DNA of 64,000 bases from Pholidichthys leucotaenia. Lineage: Eukaryota. The DNA lies in NCBI GenBank assembly GCA_020510985.1, contig CM035846.1:202779081-202843080 (forward strand), in the 5' to 3' direction. Positions within the stretch are counted from its first letter, which is position 1; every line of letters begins with the position of its first letter. The notes beneath the pieces are model-generated. The model was given only the letters and a program-made list of their open reading frames with translations, ran no database searches and was not told where the DNA came from. The position numbers and the translations under genes were made by a program. Shown here piece by piece: positions 60,763 through 64,000 of this stretch.

Positions 60763-62284
60763 AAAATCAGAAACACCCAAGACACAACAGATTTGTATGG
60801 AGACTTTATTTGAAAACTGTCCAGCTGAATTGAATTTTGCCATTATAAACCATTGTTGGGTTATTTCTCAGTGCTTTGTAATCATGAATGAAATCTGGGG
60901 CCATTTTTAACTTTCAAGGAAAAAAATCAAATACGTTTGGGTCCGTTTTAACTTATTATGTACAGTCAACAGAACTTTTTAAAGTTTCTGACTGAACATG
61001 GTGGCAGTCTGTCTCTACCAATCATAAGCCTTATTTTCTTTTCTTTCTGAACTCATGAGTTGTTGCCTTGTAATTGTACAGCCCAGTAGCTGATTTCATG
61101 GGACAATTACGTTTAGCAGTAAAATAGAAAATAATTAATTATTTAGATACGTATTACATTTTTATGCCTCGGTGCAACGGAGGCATACAGTAATCACTCA
61201 GTGTGTCTGTGTATCTGTCTGTTACCAGCTTGTCAGCTCGTCCGGTCAAAATTAAGTGGAACCAAAGGCTTGTATCATTGTATTGCCATATTTTCTCAAC
61301 TTTTAATTTGCCAGAATTTCGAGATAAGGCTTTATTTTCAAAATAAACACAAATTTAACTCACCATTTCTGTCAATGCAGCCACGAAAAAAGGTGTTGTA
61401 ATAACTTTCCTGGGCCAGTAGAGGTTGTAGTGCCACTTTTTTTTTACAGCCTCCCATGCTACCATGAGACGGGCTCTGAGGCACAGCACCTTGGTGCTTT
61501 TTATTTGAATAAATCTGGCCCAGTGGTTCTGATGAAATTTCATGTCTTTGCAAGCATTCTACTTTTACTTCACATCAACATTTTAATTGTATTTTGAGAT
61601 GAAATATGAGGCGTGGGGTTTGTTGGAAATGTATTTTTAAATTGATTTGACTGCTTAAATGGATTTTGTAGCTCATTTCCACAAAGGTAAAAGGAGCCAA
61701 TACCCTGCCACTGTGTTCATTTGTCTGTTTTACAAAAAATACTCCTCCTCCTAGTTAAGTATTGAGTGGTCTTTACGATTAGAAAATGGGCTATATTAAT
61801 GCAGGTCCTTAATCCTTATCCATAATTGTCCTGTCACCAGACTTGCTCATGGGGATCCTCAGGTGCTTCTGCATCGAGGTTGTCCTCAAGGTGAAAGGTC
61901 AGGAGATTTGGGCATCTGTGTGATTTCAAGGAAGTCGCAGTTGCCCTTGTTTTTACAAAATGTAATGCTGTGAGTGTTTATGTTGAAATTGGCCATTAGT
62001 CGTAAACAAACTTGTTTATCAATTGTGTATATCCTTTGTCCCCAACAGACATGCTCTTTTATTTTAAAAAATTAAACTGGTCACACTATCAGAGTAAAAT
62101 CCACTGTTTCTCTCCTACATTGGGTTTTCAATGTTTTACCAATGAAGTTGAAATAAGTGGTGTATACTTAAAACTCAAAAGAAAAATATAAGATTAATAA
62201 ATGCATAACACAGGATACCCATTGGCAGATATATGTGGAAGAGAACAATAAACCCCACCTGATTAAATTAAATCACCCTTTGTC

Positions 62285-63490
62285 ATTCAACTGTACAACC
62301 AATCATGTACAGTAGAATGAGATTGTGTTTTACCTATCTACAGTGTTAATCACACACACCCCAAGTGTAGAATCAGAGGGCAGCTGCCATACAAGGCGCC
62401 GCCACAAATTTCCCTCCTCCATTCCATTATTGCTGAGCACCAAGCTGGACGGCAGGAAGTTCCACTTTTATATGGTCTTCGGCATGACCCGTGTGACAGG
62501 GTAACACCCACTAACACCTGCACTCGCCAGATTTTTGTGTGTAACCCTTACTAACACCCACTCACCTTAGGTGTAGTACCCTTTATGGTAGTGTTGTGTT
62601 ATGGCAATGTAGTTACCTTAACTTTTCTACCTGGACAAAAGGGATAATTGGGCCACATCAGATCGACCCTAGGTTCGTAGGAGCCTGGAGGGCGTAACAA
62701 CAGATGACACTGACACACGGTGTATGGAACTTGCAACTATGTATATTATTTACAAATATGTACACATAAATACACAGCGCGATAAAAGAAAACACAATCC
62801 ATAAACTCCAAATTATATTTACAATGTGTTCAGTCCTGTTGTATCAGTTCCAGATGACCAGTTGGGTCACCTCTAGCAGTTTCTAGGGTTCGGGCTTCGG
62901 CTCGCCATCCAGATCTGGAGAGCCACGCTCTGGTCAAACCAGTTCAAAGAAAAAAAAAAACCTGACCAAGCTAGGTGACACATGCGTCAAAGGGGTTCCT
63001 GCGCTCAACGGCGTCGACAGCCTTTGTATCCCAATCAATCTCAGGTTTTATCAGAGACAAAGGCTGCTATTAGCACGTTAGCATCGCCATATCACCAAAG
63101 ACAGTCTCTCTCTCTGGTCTGTGTCTATCGGCGTCTGGCGTGACTGAGCCAAAAATGCAAGTCATCCCAGACCCAGGGAGAGAGCGCTTAACCCATTGGC
63201 TGGCGTGACCCAGCAATGGCGCAGCCATTGGTTACTCAAAATACCAACACACATACTAGGAACTTTTATCAGAACTTTCTAGAAAATGTTCCTAAGTATT
63301 TATGAATATATATTAAATATTCAAATTATTTACTCCCATTGTGAAATGAATGTCCCCCCTTCTTCTTAAAGCGGTATCGACATTCATAATTCCATCCACG
63401 TTTTTAACACTGGGTTACACCCGGCCGGGATTTGAACCCCTGCCTCCCGAGTGTGGGGCGGATGCTCTACCAACTGAGCCACCACTCCGG
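62285..63490 (-). mobile_element. tRNA-related SINE (same family as 32850..33095) split by a ~920-bp unassigned insertion (62491..63404)
   Basis: 62285..62490 matches 32850..33040 and 63405..63490 matches 33040..33095 (tRNA-like head). Confidence 0.6.
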
Positions 63491-63716
63491 TGGGACTCGT
63501 ATGTTAAAGTTCATACAAGCTAAGATTTTACTACAGGCCTCAATTTTCTTTCCATAATTATTAAATGTTTTTGTCATCAGGGTAAATGAAATACAGGCTA
63601 CACAGCAGTGTGCATGAATCAACTCAATTTAAAGAGCAACTGCACTCTATAGGAGGCAGTTTGGCATTCAGGATGTTGTATGATCAAGAGTCTAATTTGT
63701 CTTTTTTTTTGCACAG

Positions 63717-63847
63717 ATCAACCTCTAAACCTGAAAGGCTGCATCTCGGCTCTGCGTTTCTCTCAGAAAGATGACGTCCTTTTTGTTGGTTATGAATCCG
63801 GTTTGGTGGAAATTTGGCAGAACAACATGCTGGTTGGCTTCAAGCAG
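63717..63847 (+). CDS. Host gene exon, WD repeat (DQPLNLKGCISALRFSQKDDVLFVGYESGLVEIWQNNMLVGFKQ)
   Basis: ORF 63680..63883; gcacag acceptor, gtaaag donor; phase joins the 60288 exon. Confidence 0.6.
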
Positions 63848-63935
63848 GTAAAGAGTGCACACGAGAATGGACTTTATCTTTGACTTGTGTTTTTTTTGGC
63901 TTGTGTTAATCTGGGGTGTGTGTGCGTGTTTCCAG

Positions 63936-64000
63936 GCATTGGACAGTCCCATCACCTCGTTTTGCTCCATGCCAAAAAGCCAAGTCGCCATCAGCTACAT
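63936..64000 (+). CDS. Host gene exon, partial at window edge (ALDSPITSFCSMPKSQVAISY..)
   Basis: ttccag acceptor at 63934/35; open to end of window. Confidence 0.45.

Overview
This window is vertebrate, most likely teleost fish, not prokaryotic: there is no operon structure, while spliceosomal exons with AG/GT boundaries, tRNA-derived SINEs and many eukaryotic transposons are present. It is a transposon-dense intronic/accessory region. The only host gene I can support is a large multi-WD40-repeat gene on the + strand. About 20 phase-consistent exons (6652..64000) are separated by huge TE-filled introns; the product is possibly TEP1-like or NACHT-WD-like, not verified. The rest is mobile DNA. 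There are six Tc1-like DNA transposons, all decayed. Two L1-like LINEs carry poly(A) tails and 11-15 bp TSDs; one of them (40193..45695) is nearly intact. Several CR1/L2-clade LINE copies are present. A Ty3/gypsy LTR retrotransposon with a 5-bp TSD sits inside L1 ORF1. A gag-only LTR element (54211..56895) has a PPT and a 5-bp TSD. A non-autonomous hAT has an 8-bp TSD. Several tRNA-derived SINE families occur, one sharing its 3' tail with a LINE in the window, and there is a MITE-like foldback. Two things stand out. First, a four-level nested 'Russian doll' at 8147..24640 (L2 <- Tc1 <- L1 <- {gypsy, L2}). Second, a chimeric locus at 46384..47400 on the minus strand, where a frameshifted histone H3-like ORF sits exactly where the LINE ORFs would be, between an L2 5'-UTR-like segment and the last ~190 bp of the L2 3' tail. 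Coordinates of splice sites and element ends are hand-counted and may be off by a few bases.
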